DNA of 64,000 bases from Candidatus Zambryskibacteria bacterium RIFOXYC1_FULL_39_10. Lineage in GTDB: Bacteria; Patescibacteriota; Minisyncoccia; Phycocordibacterales; WO2-35-19. Both the position numbers and the translations under genes were made by a program. Numbering within the stretch: position 1 is the first letter of the stretch; each line of letters begins with the position of its first letter. Below the pieces are notes generated by a model that saw only the letters and a program-made list of their open reading frames with translations, did not search any database and was not told the DNA's origin. Location: the NCBI GenBank assembly GCA_001824275.1, contig MHWW01000003.1, forward strand, positions 19,325 through 83,324, written 5' to 3'. Below are positions 34,580 to 44,632 of the stretch, piece after piece.

Positions 34580-35690
34580 GTTTTTTAATCACTTCAATAA
34601 CTTTTTTTGCTATTTCCATTATGTCGCCCTCTTTAAGGCCAATATATAGAGGCAGAGCAATGGCCGAATCACTTACGGATTCAGAAACTGGAAAATCACC
34701 CCGCTTATACTTAAATATTTTCTTATAAAAGTCAAACAGATGTATTGATGGTAAATAAGGTTTAGTCGCCACTTCAATCTTATATAAATCTTTTATAACC
34801 TCATCCCTTTTTATCTTTTTATTCTTTATAAGCAAAACGTACACAAACCAGGTATGAATGTTGTCTTCGCTCACTTGTGGAATTTGCACCAAATCAGAAT
34901 ATTTACCAAAATATTTATTATAAGTAATACATATTTTTTGTCTTTCTTTTATCATAAAGTCCAACTTTTCAAGTTGGGCAATACCAAGTGCCGCACTCAT
35001 CTCGTCCATCCGATAATTGTATCCCAAATACTTATGATCGAGCCATTGCATATTTGGCGAGCGTCCTTGATTTTTTAAACTGCAGCAAATTTCATAAATT
35101 TTTTTATTGTTTGTTACTATCATTCCCCCTTCTCCTGTTGTCATTTGTTTGTTTGGATAAAAGGCAAAAACAGCTGATTCCCCAAAAGTACCGACGTTTT
35201 TACTATCATATTTAGCCATTATTGATTCGCAAGCATCTTCAATAATTTTTAATTTATACTTTTTGGCAATCTTTAAAACTGAGTCCATGTCTGTCGCTTG
35301 GCCAAAAATATGAACTACTAATATGGCTTTTGTCTTTTTAGTTATTTTCTTTTCTATTTTTGTAACATCAATGTTATAGGTTGTTGGATCTATATCAACA
35401 AAAACTGGTTTGGCTCCCACATATAAGACTGCATTAGACGATGCAATAAATGAAAACGGAGAAGTAATGACTTCGTCACCTTCTTTGATTCCAGCAGCAA
35501 TCATAGCCAAGTGAAGTCCTGCCGTACCGCTAGAAACTGAGCAGGCATATTTGGTGCCTATTTTTTGAGCAAACTTTTCCTCAAATTCCTTGTGTTTTGG
35601 GCCCAAACTTAAATTGCCAGAGTCTAAAACCTCCAAAACTAGTTGTTTTTCTCTCTTATTTATATATGGTTTGGCTATTGGATATTTCAT
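34563..35690 (-). CDS. DegT/DnrJ/EryC1-family PLP aminotransferase (PseC/LegC-like)
   Basis: Fold-type I aminotransferase pattern with a conserved Lys region. Confidence 0.8.
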   Translation of the reverse strand: MKYPIAKPYINKREKQLVLEVLDSGNLSLGPKHKEFEEKFAQKIGTKYACSVSSGTAGLHLAMIAAGIKEGDEVITSPFSFIASSNAVLYVGAKPVFVDIDPTTYNIDVTKIEKKITKKTKAILVVHIFGQATDMDSVLKIAKKYKLKIIEDACESIMAKYDSKNVGTFGESAVFAFYPNKQMTTGEGGMIVTNNKKIYEICCSLKNQGRSPNMQWLDHKYLGYNYRMDEMSAALGIAQLEKLDFMIKERQKICITYNKYFGKYSDLVQIPQVSEDNIHTWFVYVLLIKNKKIKRDEVIKDLYKIEVATKPYLPSIHLFDFYKKIFKYKRGDFPVSESVSDSAIALPLYIGLKEGDIMEIAKKVIEVIKKHDKRI

Positions 35691-35750
35691 AAAAATGTGG
35701 CCTCAGAATAGCAGATTCTGAGGCCATTTGCACGCCTTGTGCATCTCTCA

Positions 35751-36368
35751 TTATTTCTTCCTGGCAACCTTTGCTGGATTGCCGTAAACCGTAATATTGT
35801 CCTCCACCGGCCCAACAACAGCACTTGCCATACCTATTATGGCCCCTTCTCCAATTTTGACATGGTCACGAATTGCGCTGTTTAAGCCGATAAATGTCCC
35901 ATCACCCACTATCACCCCACCACCGGTCACAACTCTGGGAGCTAGATGACAAAAATCCCCTATTTGATTGTCATGCTCAACGGTACAGCCGTTGTTGATA
36001 AACGTACCATTACCGATCGTACTTCTCACATTCACGTAAGAAAGCGCTCCGATCATCACATTATTTCCAAGGATCAAATCTGACTCAACAAAGGCAGAGG
36101 GGTGAATCGCATTAACAAACCTGGCTCCAGCCTCCTTAAGTTTCAAAAACACGTCACGACGAGCGCCATTACCACCGATCGCCACAAAAAAATAATCACC
36201 AGCTTCTTGAAATTTATGGAAATCAGAGACCTTGCCAAGTATCTCTGGGCCCACTTTTACATCATCAAGAAAACCGATAAACTTGTTTTCAAAATTTTGG
36301 TGATCAAAAATGTTTCTGATCACATATCCATTCTCTCCCGCACCAACGATAATTATATTTTTTGTCAT
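35751..36368 (-). CDS. hexapeptide-repeat sugar N-acetyltransferase (NeuD/PglD/PseH family)
   Basis: Left-handed beta-helix hexapeptide repeats after an N-terminal Rossmann-like segment. Confidence 0.8.
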   Translation of the reverse strand: MTKNIIIVGAGENGYVIRNIFDHQNFENKFIGFLDDVKVGPEILGKVSDFHKFQEAGDYFFVAIGGNGARRDVFLKLKEAGARFVNAIHPSAFVESDLILGNNVMIGALSYVNVRSTIGNGTFINNGCTVEHDNQIGDFCHLAPRVVTGGGVIVGDGTFIGLNSAIRDHVKIGEGAIIGMASAVVGPVEDNITVYGNPAKVARKK

Positions 36369-36412
36369 GTTTTTCCTCTTCTCGCCTCAGAATATCCTAT
36401 TTTTATAAATAA

Positions 36413-37576
36413 TCAATAACATATCTGCTTATTTAATATCTTGGGGGAAAGTTCTATTTTTTCTAAAATTTTAGCGATTTTTATTCCTGTCCTTCCATCA
36501 CCCCAAGGATTTTTAATTTTTTTAAGTTTATTTAAATATTTTTTATCATTTAAAGATTTGTGAATAGCTTTATATATTTTATTTCTATCATAATCCGCAT
36601 CCAAAACATTGTGACCTCTCTCTCGGCCAATTTGGCGATTACCAACATTAACTACCGGAGTTTTAAACGAGGATGATTCAATCAGTGCCGCGCTTGAATT
36701 ACCCACCCAGACCGATGCCTCTCTTTCAAGAGCCAAAAACTTTTTGTATTCCAAACTTGGGAAAATTTTAAATAAAGGATTATTTTTTTCTTTTTGTATC
36801 TCGTCAATAATTCTTCTGCCTCCAGCATCAGCATGCGGATAAATAAAAACTGCTGGCATATCAAACTTTTTAACCGCTTCTATTGTTTCTTTCATTTGAT
36901 TACCTGCATTCATTACCTCGTCACTTACTGGATGTTGCAACACTAGAATAAATTTATCTTTTATATTCATTCCCAAATCTGATAGGAGCTCACCTCTGGT
37001 TGGCAATTTTTCATTTAGTATCGTGTCCAAAGCCGGCGCTCCCACTATGTTTATTCGCCAACTATCCTCACCCATCCTTTTTATTCTTGAAGCAGCATCT
37101 TTAGTAGCCGGAAAATGGATGTTTGAGATTTTAGTAATTGCGTGACGTGACACTTCATCTACCGTGCCTGTTTTTTCGCCTCCATGAATATGAGCAATGG
37201 GAATACCTAAATATAGGCAGGCAACCGCAGTCAAAAGCATCTCTGATCTATCCCCCAATACAAGCACTAAATCTGGTTTCTCTTCTTTTAACTTAATCGT
37301 AATTTTTTTAAAGAAATTTGCATTGAACTCAGCTACTCCAGTTTTTTCATCACTTTTAGAACTTGTCTTGATTGTGTGAACTTCTGGAAAATGTTTTTTT
37401 ATATCATTTATGGTTTTACCAAACTGAAACATCAAATGCTCTCCTGCTGCACACAATATTAAATCTAAAGACTTGCTTGCTTTTATTGCTCTTAATACCG
37501 GTAGCATTAAACCAAAATCAGCCCTCGTCCCAGAAACATAAAAAATTTTTTTATTTTTTTGTCTAGATGAAATCAT
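36413..37576 (-). CDS. UDP-N-acetylglucosamine 2-epimerase (hydrolysing), NeuC/LegG-like
   Basis: VSGTRADFGLM...LGDRSEML...HIHGGE.TG..DE..RHAITK.S.IHF. Confidence 0.8.
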   Translation of the reverse strand: MISSRQKNKKIFYVSGTRADFGLMLPVLRAIKASKSLDLILCAAGEHLMFQFGKTINDIKKHFPEVHTIKTSSKSDEKTGVAEFNANFFKKITIKLKEEKPDLVLVLGDRSEMLLTAVACLYLGIPIAHIHGGEKTGTVDEVSRHAITKISNIHFPATKDAASRIKRMGEDSWRINIVGAPALDTILNEKLPTRGELLSDLGMNIKDKFILVLQHPVSDEVMNAGNQMKETIEAVKKFDMPAVFIYPHADAGGRRIIDEIQKEKNNPLFKIFPSLEYKKFLALEREASVWVGNSSAALIESSSFKTPVVNVGNRQIGRERGHNVLDADYDRNKIYKAIHKSLNDKKYLNKLKKIKNPWGDGRTGIKIAKILEKIELSPKILNKQICY

Positions 37577-38627
37577 TTTTTTTAATTAAATTATCGGCCT
37601 TTATAGCCATCTTTGAAATCTTACCTAAAATTTTAAAATAATATTTGGGAGGCAAACCAGTGCCGGGACGTTTGATGTTAATATTTTCTTTAGTAAACTT
37701 TTCACCCTTTTTGATACCACGGATTGCAACTAAACTTTTTCTAACTATATTTATATTTTTTATTTCTCCTTTAGTTGGCTTTTTTTCTTTAGAACCCAAA
37801 ATTATTTCTGCTTGACGAATTTCATCTACCATTTTTTTGAAAACTTCCGGATTAGCCGATGCTTTATGATCTGGGCCTTTCATTTTATTGTCCAGAGTAA
37901 AATGTTTTTCAATTATTTGAGCCCCTAGTGCCACCGCCATGACCGGCACTTGAGTACCAATTGTGTGATCAGAATATCCGATCATCACATCCAAATCCTT
38001 CATCATTGTCTGCATGGCCCTTAAATTGACCTTTTCAGCTGCACATGGGTAATTAGTAGTGCAATGAAGCACTATTATTTTATTGTTTCCGACAGATTTT
38101 ATTATATTTATTGCTTTTCTAATCTCATCTATCGTAGCCATTCCTGTCCCAAGAATCATAGGTTTTTTAAATTTAGCGGCATATTTTAATAGTGGTAAGT
38201 TGGTCAAGTCTCCAGAGCCAAATTTAAATGCTGGCACTCCAATTTTTTGAAGCAAATCAACTGATTCAAAACCACCATGAGGAGTAGAAAGAAAAATTAT
38301 ATTTTTCTCCTTGCATCGTTTAATTATTTTAGGATACCAATCCTCTTTAAACTCCAGTTTTTTAAGCATCTCAATTTGACTTTCTTTTTTACCAACATTT
38401 CCTTTTTGATAATCAGCCATTCTGACATTTTTAGTTACTACTTGATTTGCTTTAAATGTCTGAAATTTTATCGCATCTGCTCCAACCTCCTTTGCCTTAT
38501 CAACCAATTTTAAAGCTAAATCAAGAGAGCCATTATGATTGACACCCGCCTCAGCAATAATAAATGTTGAGTGTCCTTCCCCCACACTTTTGTTTCCTAT
38601 TGCTATTTTTAATAATCTTTTATTCAT
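37563..38627 (-). CDS. nonulosonic acid synthase (NeuB/LegI/PseI family) with C-terminal SAF domain
   Basis: FIIAEAGVNHNGSLDLA..L...K..GADA.KFQT and DHT.G pattern. Confidence 0.88.
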   Translation of the reverse strand: MNKRLLKIAIGNKSVGEGHSTFIIAEAGVNHNGSLDLALKLVDKAKEVGADAIKFQTFKANQVVTKNVRMADYQKGNVGKKESQIEMLKKLEFKEDWYPKIIKRCKEKNIIFLSTPHGGFESVDLLQKIGVPAFKFGSGDLTNLPLLKYAAKFKKPMILGTGMATIDEIRKAINIIKSVGNNKIIVLHCTTNYPCAAEKVNLRAMQTMMKDLDVMIGYSDHTIGTQVPVMAVALGAQIIEKHFTLDNKMKGPDHKASANPEVFKKMVDEIRQAEIILGSKEKKPTKGEIKNINIVRKSLVAIRGIKKGEKFTKENINIKRPGTGLPPKYYFKILGKISKMAIKADNLIKKNDFI

Positions 38628-39670
38628 TTTAATAAAACAAATTTTTTTGTTTTTGCGCTTTCTTCTAGTGCAAAAAGAACTTTAAGATGCTTAAGACTTT
38701 CTTTAAAAGAAAAGGGATACTTTGATTTCTTTTGAATCGCATTCAAAAAATGCCCTATCTCTTCTTCATACATATCTTCAGTGGTTATATAGTTCTTTTC
38801 GCTTTTTCCTTTTTTTAAATCTATTACTCGCCAATTGTGGCCAGAATTATTGTCTATCTTTTTTTGTTTAAATATTTTTATCTTATTTTCTTGCCATTCC
38901 CATTCCAAAACTCCTTCTGATCCAATAACTCTCAAAGTTCTGAAAGGTTTTTTTGAAATTAAATCAATAACTATATTGCCAGATATTTTGTTTTTGAACC
39001 CAAGCATTGCTGAATATCTGTCATCAGCCTTCATATCCAAGTCAGAAAGTTTCTCGGAAAATCCAGCAATTTTTGATACATCTCCTAGACCCAAAGCAAA
39101 ATCAAGCCAGACCAACTCAAAACCAAACATTTCTCGACAAGCTCCAGTATTTTTCTTGGCAAAATATACATCTCTAAAATCCTCCCAAGGATGCCAGCTT
39201 GGCAAGTACTGACCGAGGTGGTATTGGAATGATAGAATTTTACCTATTGCTTTTTTATCTAGTATTTTTTTAATTTCTTTAACTGCGGGGTGAAATCTTA
39301 ATGTGCACGAAGGCGCGGCCACTAAATTTTCATCTTTCAAATTTAGAATCCTATCATACCCCTTATCCGTCACCGGATGTTCCACAAAAAAATGTTTTCT
39401 GTTTTTAATAGCGTTAAGGAAATAAATATAATGCTTGTCAGCTGGGGTTGATATAATATAGGCATTCGGATTCGCCTTGAGTGCTGTGTTAAAACTTTTA
39501 AAGGTTACGATGCCATGTTTTGTTTCCGATTCCTTTCGTCTATCTTCTCTTGGGTCAAACCCAAATATTTTTTCTGCCTTAATACCATGGTAAAGAAGAT
39601 TCCTTATTCTCCTTTTACCCATTGACCCCAAACCTATTACCAAAAATTTAAAATCTTTTAAGTCTTTCAT
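38624..39670 (-). CDS. Gfo/Idh/MocA-family NAD(P)-dependent oxidoreductase
   Basis: FLVIGLGSMGKRR N-terminal Rossmann. Confidence 0.6.
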   Translation of the reverse strand: MKDLKDFKFLVIGLGSMGKRRIRNLLYHGIKAEKIFGFDPREDRRKESETKHGIVTFKSFNTALKANPNAYIISTPADKHYIYFLNAIKNRKHFFVEHPVTDKGYDRILNLKDENLVAAPSCTLRFHPAVKEIKKILDKKAIGKILSFQYHLGQYLPSWHPWEDFRDVYFAKKNTGACREMFGFELVWLDFALGLGDVSKIAGFSEKLSDLDMKADDRYSAMLGFKNKISGNIVIDLISKKPFRTLRVIGSEGVLEWEWQENKIKIFKQKKIDNNSGHNWRVIDLKKGKSEKNYITTEDMYEEEIGHFLNAIQKKSKYPFSFKESLKHLKVLFALEESAKTKKFVLLK

Positions 39671-40370
39671 CTATTTTATCTTTATGTTTATGTAAAAATT
39701 CTGCCAGCACCCAATCTTCCGGATGATCTAAATCGACCGATCGCCATTTAGGGGTGATGACTCCGACGGTATGTTCATCAACAAATTTTTTAGTCTGAAG
39801 AAATACATTTGTTTTAATCATATATACCATGCATCCATTTAATATATAACCTTTCTGCATTTCTGTGGTATTGGTTGTTTTGTCAGTTTCTTTGTTCACC
39901 AAAATTAACTGGCTATTTTTATTGAGCTGATAAAATCGAGGATGTGTTTCGGTAATTGTGCATACAGATTTTATTTTTGGTTTTGATATTAGTTCATAAC
40001 AAGCGTTTATATCTTCTAACTCTCGCAAAGGAGAAGTGGTTTGTAAAAGAGTTATAATGTGGGGCTGATACTTATGTTCTTCCTTTAATTTTCTTAATAA
40101 AAATTCTATAACATCCCCTATTTTTGCCTGACTTGTTGCTAAATGCTCTGGTCTTAAAAAAGGAACTTCCGCGCCATATCTAATCGCCACTTTTGCAATT
40201 TCTAGACTATCAGTATCAACTATAATTTTATCAAAAATCCCACTTTGGATAGCTTGAATTATGGGGTAGTAAATTAATGGTTTTCCATTAAATATCTTTA
40301 TGTTTTTATTAGGAATTCTTTGAGATCCTCCTCTTGCAGGGATAATGGCTAAAGACTTTTTCATAGCCAA
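39648..40370 (-). CDS. acylneuraminate (CMP-nonulosonic acid) cytidylyltransferase, copy 2
   Basis: LAIIPARGGSQRIPNKNI...KPLI. Confidence 0.82.
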   Translation of the reverse strand: MAMKKSLAIIPARGGSQRIPNKNIKIFNGKPLIYYPIIQAIQSGIFDKIIVDTDSLEIAKVAIRYGAEVPFLRPEHLATSQAKIGDVIEFLLRKLKEEHKYQPHIITLLQTTSPLRELEDINACYELISKPKIKSVCTITETHPRFYQLNKNSQLILVNKETDKTTNTTEMQKGYILNGCMVYMIKTNVFLQTKKFVDEHTVGVITPKWRSVDLDHPEDWVLAEFLHKHKDKIDERLKRF

Positions 40371-40405
40371 TTTCTAACATAAAATATAGATTTTTGCAAT
40401 GAATT

Positions 40406-41218
40406 TTAGGAAGAATAATTATACGGAATCCAACCATCTTTAGTTTTTTGAATAGACCAAATAGAGTGCCTCATACCTACTTTGTTATTCCACACATCTT
40501 TAACGGCTAGAGTTACACCAGCATGATATGTTCTACCTTCTTTATCTGTTACGAAGTCTTTTTCTCTGTTTTCTTTAGCCAAATTTTCATCAATTTGGTC
40601 TGAGAAGTAATCTAGATCATCTCCGCACATTATTCCCCCTATTTCCAAAATATTAAAATAATTTATAAAATCTTTTTTAGCTTGAGTATATTTGTGGTCT
40701 CCATCTATATAAATGAAATCAAATTGAGTATCTTTTTCTTTCTCAGCGAATTCATCACTAGTCATTTGTATAGGAATTATGTAATTCTCTACCCCTGAAT
40801 ATTTTACATTGTGTTTAAATAAATTAAATATGGCGGATGCACTTACTTTTCCTTTAGTTATCTTTATATTCTCATCAGTACCTCGCCAAACATCAATACA
40901 ATAAAGCATTCCACCTTTACCAGATTTTTTTATAGTTTCAGCTATTGTTACAGCCGAACACCCTGCCCAAGAACCAATCTCTAAACATTTAATATTTTCT
41001 TTTAAATTCTGAACCTGTTTTACTAATCTTCTCAATATCTCTCTCTCTTTCTTGCTTTGTATATTTGCTCCATATTTTTTACCAAAATATGGTTTTTTTA
41101 GGACCAGGCATATAAAATAATGTATGTTTGTAAATATTATTTCTATCTTAAAATGCCTAATCTTATTTAAGATAAAATATAATGGTTTTATTTTTTTTAT
41201 TATATTTTTCATATTCAC
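40406..41218 (-). CDS. class I SAM-dependent methyltransferase (Methyltransf_24-like)
   Basis: LEIGSWAGCSA...IDGDH. Confidence 0.65.
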   Translation of the reverse strand: MNMKNIIKKIKPLYFILNKIRHFKIEIIFTNIHYFICLVLKKPYFGKKYGANIQSKKEREILRRLVKQVQNLKENIKCLEIGSWAGCSAVTIAETIKKSGKGGMLYCIDVWRGTDENIKITKGKVSASAIFNLFKHNVKYSGVENYIIPIQMTSDEFAEKEKDTQFDFIYIDGDHKYTQAKKDFINYFNILEIGGIMCGDDLDYFSDQIDENLAKENREKDFVTDKEGRTYHAGVTLAVKDVWNNKVGMRHSIWSIQKTKDGWIPYNYSS

Positions 41219-41233
41219 CCACTATCTTACAAA

Positions 41234-42739
41234 TCAAAAATGATTTTTTAGATATTTAACAAGATTGTCAGCAATTATTTTAATATCAGGATTTTGTTTG
41301 ATTTTTTCAACATCATGTTCAAAAATTAGTTTAGTAATATCAATCTTAAAAGAATCTTCAAAAAGCGCAGACACAAAATCAACAAGTTCGGTATCATCGG
41401 GATTGTGATTTTCCAAAGCATTTTTTACTATCCCTGGGAGATTTTCTGGAGTTCTACACTTATTTACCATAGGCATTATATTGTAGGTAACCGAACCGAA
41501 CGTAATAACTGGTTTTTTGAAAAACAGAGATTCAAAACCAACGGTACCGGTAATAGTCACAACCAGTTTAGCGTTTTTAATAAGCTCCATCGAATCAACT
41601 TTTGTATCGATAAGTTTTATGTTTGGAAACTTTCTTATTTCTTTATAAAACTTAGAACTACGATAGCCTGGCATTTGCGGGTGGTCTTTGACATAGAGCT
41701 TCATAGTGAGAGGCAAAGATTGGGCGATCATTTTGGCCACCCATACTTGGTCTGCAAAATATGGCGCCTGCATTAGTAGGGTCGCTTCCGGTTCGGAAGT
41801 CAGAGCAAAAAAAGTGTAATCTTCCTTATAATCAGGGGCATCAAATTTGGGTATTCTGTGAGAATTAAACCAGAACAATAAATTATGTTTTACAAAGTCT
41901 AAAGGAGAATAACCGTAAACCTTCGGGAAAGAATTGTCGAAAGAATCAAGGCATTTTCTAACCAAATTTTTGGAAAACAAAATAAACTTCTTCATTCCAC
42001 TTTGTTTGGACTTATTCCAGACATCGGATAGTACATAATCTGGTTTAGTTGGTTTGTTTCTGAATTTTTCAATAAATTCTATAGCCTCTTTCTTTTTTGA
42101 ACTTATATGTCTGCCAGAGCGAATATCTTCAAATATCTTTTCGACATTGCTAAAAATCCCAAACAGATTGTCTGAAAAACCTGAAAGGTCTGAAAACCTT
42201 GATATACTCAAGACCAATGTTGGAATTCCTTTCTTTTTGGCCATATGATAAAGAATATTTACCCCCATAGCTCCAGCATCACAAAGAAATATAAAATCAG
42301 GCTTCTCCTCATCAAGCATTTTTTCTATTTCTCTTATCCTGATCTGAAATTGCTGTTTTATCTGATAATGGTTTAAAATCGGATTAAAATCGTTATAAAA
42401 CTGCCTCGGCCAATTAACTGATGTCTGTCTATCACTTGTAAATTCCTGCCACCAATAGGGATGGCCATATTCTTTTTCTTTTTGATTTAAATATTCTTCA
42501 TCTACCACCTCATTTTTAGCTTCTATAAATAAAAATTCATCTATTAGAAGATGCTCATAGTTTATATCTTTTTGAGTTTTGTTTATTTCATATGCTCCTT
42601 TACCATACCCATAAGCACACCATTCATCCACCCCATAGCGTTCTTTTAAATCAAGCGCTAATGCATGTTGCCACCTTACATAAGAACGATTTAAAAATAT
42701 GCAACCTTTAAGCTTTTTTTTATCTTTTGAATTTGTCAT
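41234..42739 (-). CDS. capsule-polysaccharide-biosynthesis (KpsS/KpsC Capsule_synth-like) domain protein; putative glycosyl/nonulosonate transferase
   Basis: C-terminal KDHPQ...KLVVTITGTVGFESLFFKKPVITFG resembles the Capsule_synth family. Weak call. Confidence 0.4.
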   Translation of the reverse strand: MTNSKDKKKLKGCIFLNRSYVRWQHALALDLKERYGVDEWCAYGYGKGAYEINKTQKDINYEHLLIDEFLFIEAKNEVVDEEYLNQKEKEYGHPYWWQEFTSDRQTSVNWPRQFYNDFNPILNHYQIKQQFQIRIREIEKMLDEEKPDFIFLCDAGAMGVNILYHMAKKKGIPTLVLSISRFSDLSGFSDNLFGIFSNVEKIFEDIRSGRHISSKKKEAIEFIEKFRNKPTKPDYVLSDVWNKSKQSGMKKFILFSKNLVRKCLDSFDNSFPKVYGYSPLDFVKHNLLFWFNSHRIPKFDAPDYKEDYTFFALTSEPEATLLMQAPYFADQVWVAKMIAQSLPLTMKLYVKDHPQMPGYRSSKFYKEIRKFPNIKLIDTKVDSMELIKNAKLVVTITGTVGFESLFFKKPVITFGSVTYNIMPMVNKCRTPENLPGIVKNALENHNPDDTELVDFVSALFEDSFKIDITKLIFEHDVEKIKQNPDIKIIADNLVKYLKNHF

Positions 42740-43650
42740 TAATTATTTCTTCTTAAGTTTACAAACGTTCTATAAAAATATGGTCCTAAAAGTGAAAAAC
42801 AAAGATTCACATAACTTCTCCAATTCAGAGGATTAACTAAGATTGATTTTAGAAAAAATTTTATACCTTTTTTCTTTGCACCAGCAATATAACATATGCG
42901 CCCCATTGCAAGCAAACGATTACTAAATTGTTTTGGATGAATTTTATATAAATCAAAATGCTTTAATAAACCATATTCATAATCACGAATTTTTATGTCG
43001 TTTTTGGTCTTACTCGTCATAGTTAATGGATGACGATAAAAATTATAAAGAGGCTCATAAATAAAACTGAAGCTAAAATTTTTGGAAATTCTAACCCACA
43101 TATCCCAATCATCACCAAATCTAAAATTTTCATCAAAAAAACCAACATAAAAAAATACTTCTTTTTTAACCATTACTCCGCTGGAACAAAATATATAATT
43201 CCTTTCTAAGAGAGCCAAAATATGATTAGAGACATTAGGTATTTTGTATTCTTTTCTGGAACCATCAATTTCAGAAACAATCATCGCCTCTGAGACGACC
43301 AAACCCAAATTTTTATTGTCTGTTTTTTCAAAAACGGACATCTGCTTTTCAAGTTTTTTCGGGGCCCACTCATCGTCATGGTCAAGAAAGGCAATATATT
43401 CTCCCATAGCATTTAAAATACCAACATTTTTGGGTTTTGCCGGCGCTCCGGAGTTATTTTGGAAAAAATATTTTATTCTGGAATCTTTCTTTTGAAAAGA
43501 TAGGACCACTTCCTTAGTTTTATCTGTTGAGCCATCATCGACAATAATTAACTCCCAATCCTTAAACGTCTGGTTACAAACACTTAAAATCGTTCTTTCT
43601 ATAAGGTTGCCACAATTATAGGCAGGAATAATAACTGAAACTTTTGGCAT
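42739..43650 (-). CDS. glycosyltransferase family 2
   Basis: VSVIIPAYN....L...............IIVDDGSTD...DHDD. Confidence 0.85.
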   Translation of the reverse strand: MPKVSVIIPAYNCGNLIERTILSVCNQTFKDWELIIVDDGSTDKTKEVVLSFQKKDSRIKYFFQNNSGAPAKPKNVGILNAMGEYIAFLDHDDEWAPKKLEKQMSVFEKTDNKNLGLVVSEAMIVSEIDGSRKEYKIPNVSNHILALLERNYIFCSSGVMVKKEVFFYVGFFDENFRFGDDWDMWVRISKNFSFSFIYEPLYNFYRHPLTMTSKTKNDIKIRDYEYGLLKHFDLYKIHPKQFSNRLLAMGRICYIAGAKKKGIKFFLKSILVNPLNWRSYVNLCFSLLGPYFYRTFVNLRRNN

Positions 43651-43654
43651 AATT

Positions 43655-44629
43655 TTATTTTCTAGCGATCATATACAAGCCTTGACCTTTTTTACCTAAA
43701 ATAAATAAAATAGTAGCAATTGGTAAAAGAATAAGATGTAGTATTTTATCTTTAAGCGAGCCCAGTTTGGCTACAGTATCCTTATATTCTGTTTTTTTGT
43801 TCTGATTAAACTTTTCTTTATCTTTATTTGTAAAATATTTTCTTACAAATACACCTAACCCAACTCTAAATTTAGGAATCAAATAATTTACAGGTATCTC
43901 TTCTTTTATTTTTATTGACTTAAAATTTTCCATTTGAACAATATTTTTTAAAGACTTTTTTGTCCAACGACTCAAATGATGATAAGGAAAATCCCAAAAT
44001 TCATCTCTTGGACCAATTCTCGAGTTGTTTGGAGTGCTGAGACAAATAAATCCGCCTGACTTCAAGGCACCATAAATAGCCTTCAAAAAATCGCGCGGTT
44101 TATCGACATGTTCAATTATTTCAAAACCAGTGATAACGTCGAATTCCCCTTTGTGTCTATTTAAAAAATCAACCACATCATCTTCATAAGTTTCTTTTAG
44201 CCCAAAGCTTTGAGCAACTTTAATTTGTTCACCATCAAAATCAACACCATTGACATCATAACCAAATTTTTGAGCTTCAATTAAAAAACCACCAGTTCCA
44301 CAGCCCACATCTAATAATTTTAGTCCCTTGGGATTTTGATGGGGTGGGTTTCTAAAAAAATGTTTTGTTATACCTCTATTTTCAGCTAGCCAAAAAAAAT
44401 ACTCCTTATCAGGAAAATCTCGATGCATTAAATTTTGCTGACAATTTTTGTACCATTCTGATCCAGGATTTTTAAATGGATACCAAAACTTAACCAAACA
44501 TAATGGGCATTCAAACAAAGAAAATTCTTCATTTTCCAAATTATATTTTTCAAGATACTTGAATTTTTGATCTTTATATATCTTACCAAGACACACTGGG
44601 CATTGGTTTAAATTAGAGATATTACTCAT
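43655..44629 (-). CDS. class I SAM-dependent methyltransferase with N-terminal CxxC..CxxC zinc ribbon
   Basis: LLDVGCGTGGFLIEAQKFGYDVNGVDFD. Confidence 0.75.
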   Translation of the reverse strand: MSNISNLNQCPVCLGKIYKDQKFKYLEKYNLENEEFSLFECPLCLVKFWYPFKNPGSEWYKNCQQNLMHRDFPDKEYFFWLAENRGITKHFFRNPPHQNPKGLKLLDVGCGTGGFLIEAQKFGYDVNGVDFDGEQIKVAQSFGLKETYEDDVVDFLNRHKGEFDVITGFEIIEHVDKPRDFLKAIYGALKSGGFICLSTPNNSRIGPRDEFWDFPYHHLSRWTKKSLKNIVQMENFKSIKIKEEIPVNYLIPKFRVGLGVFVRKYFTNKDKEKFNQNKKTEYKDTVAKLGSLKDKILHLILLPIATILFILGKKGQGLYMIARK

Positions 44630-44632
44630 AAT

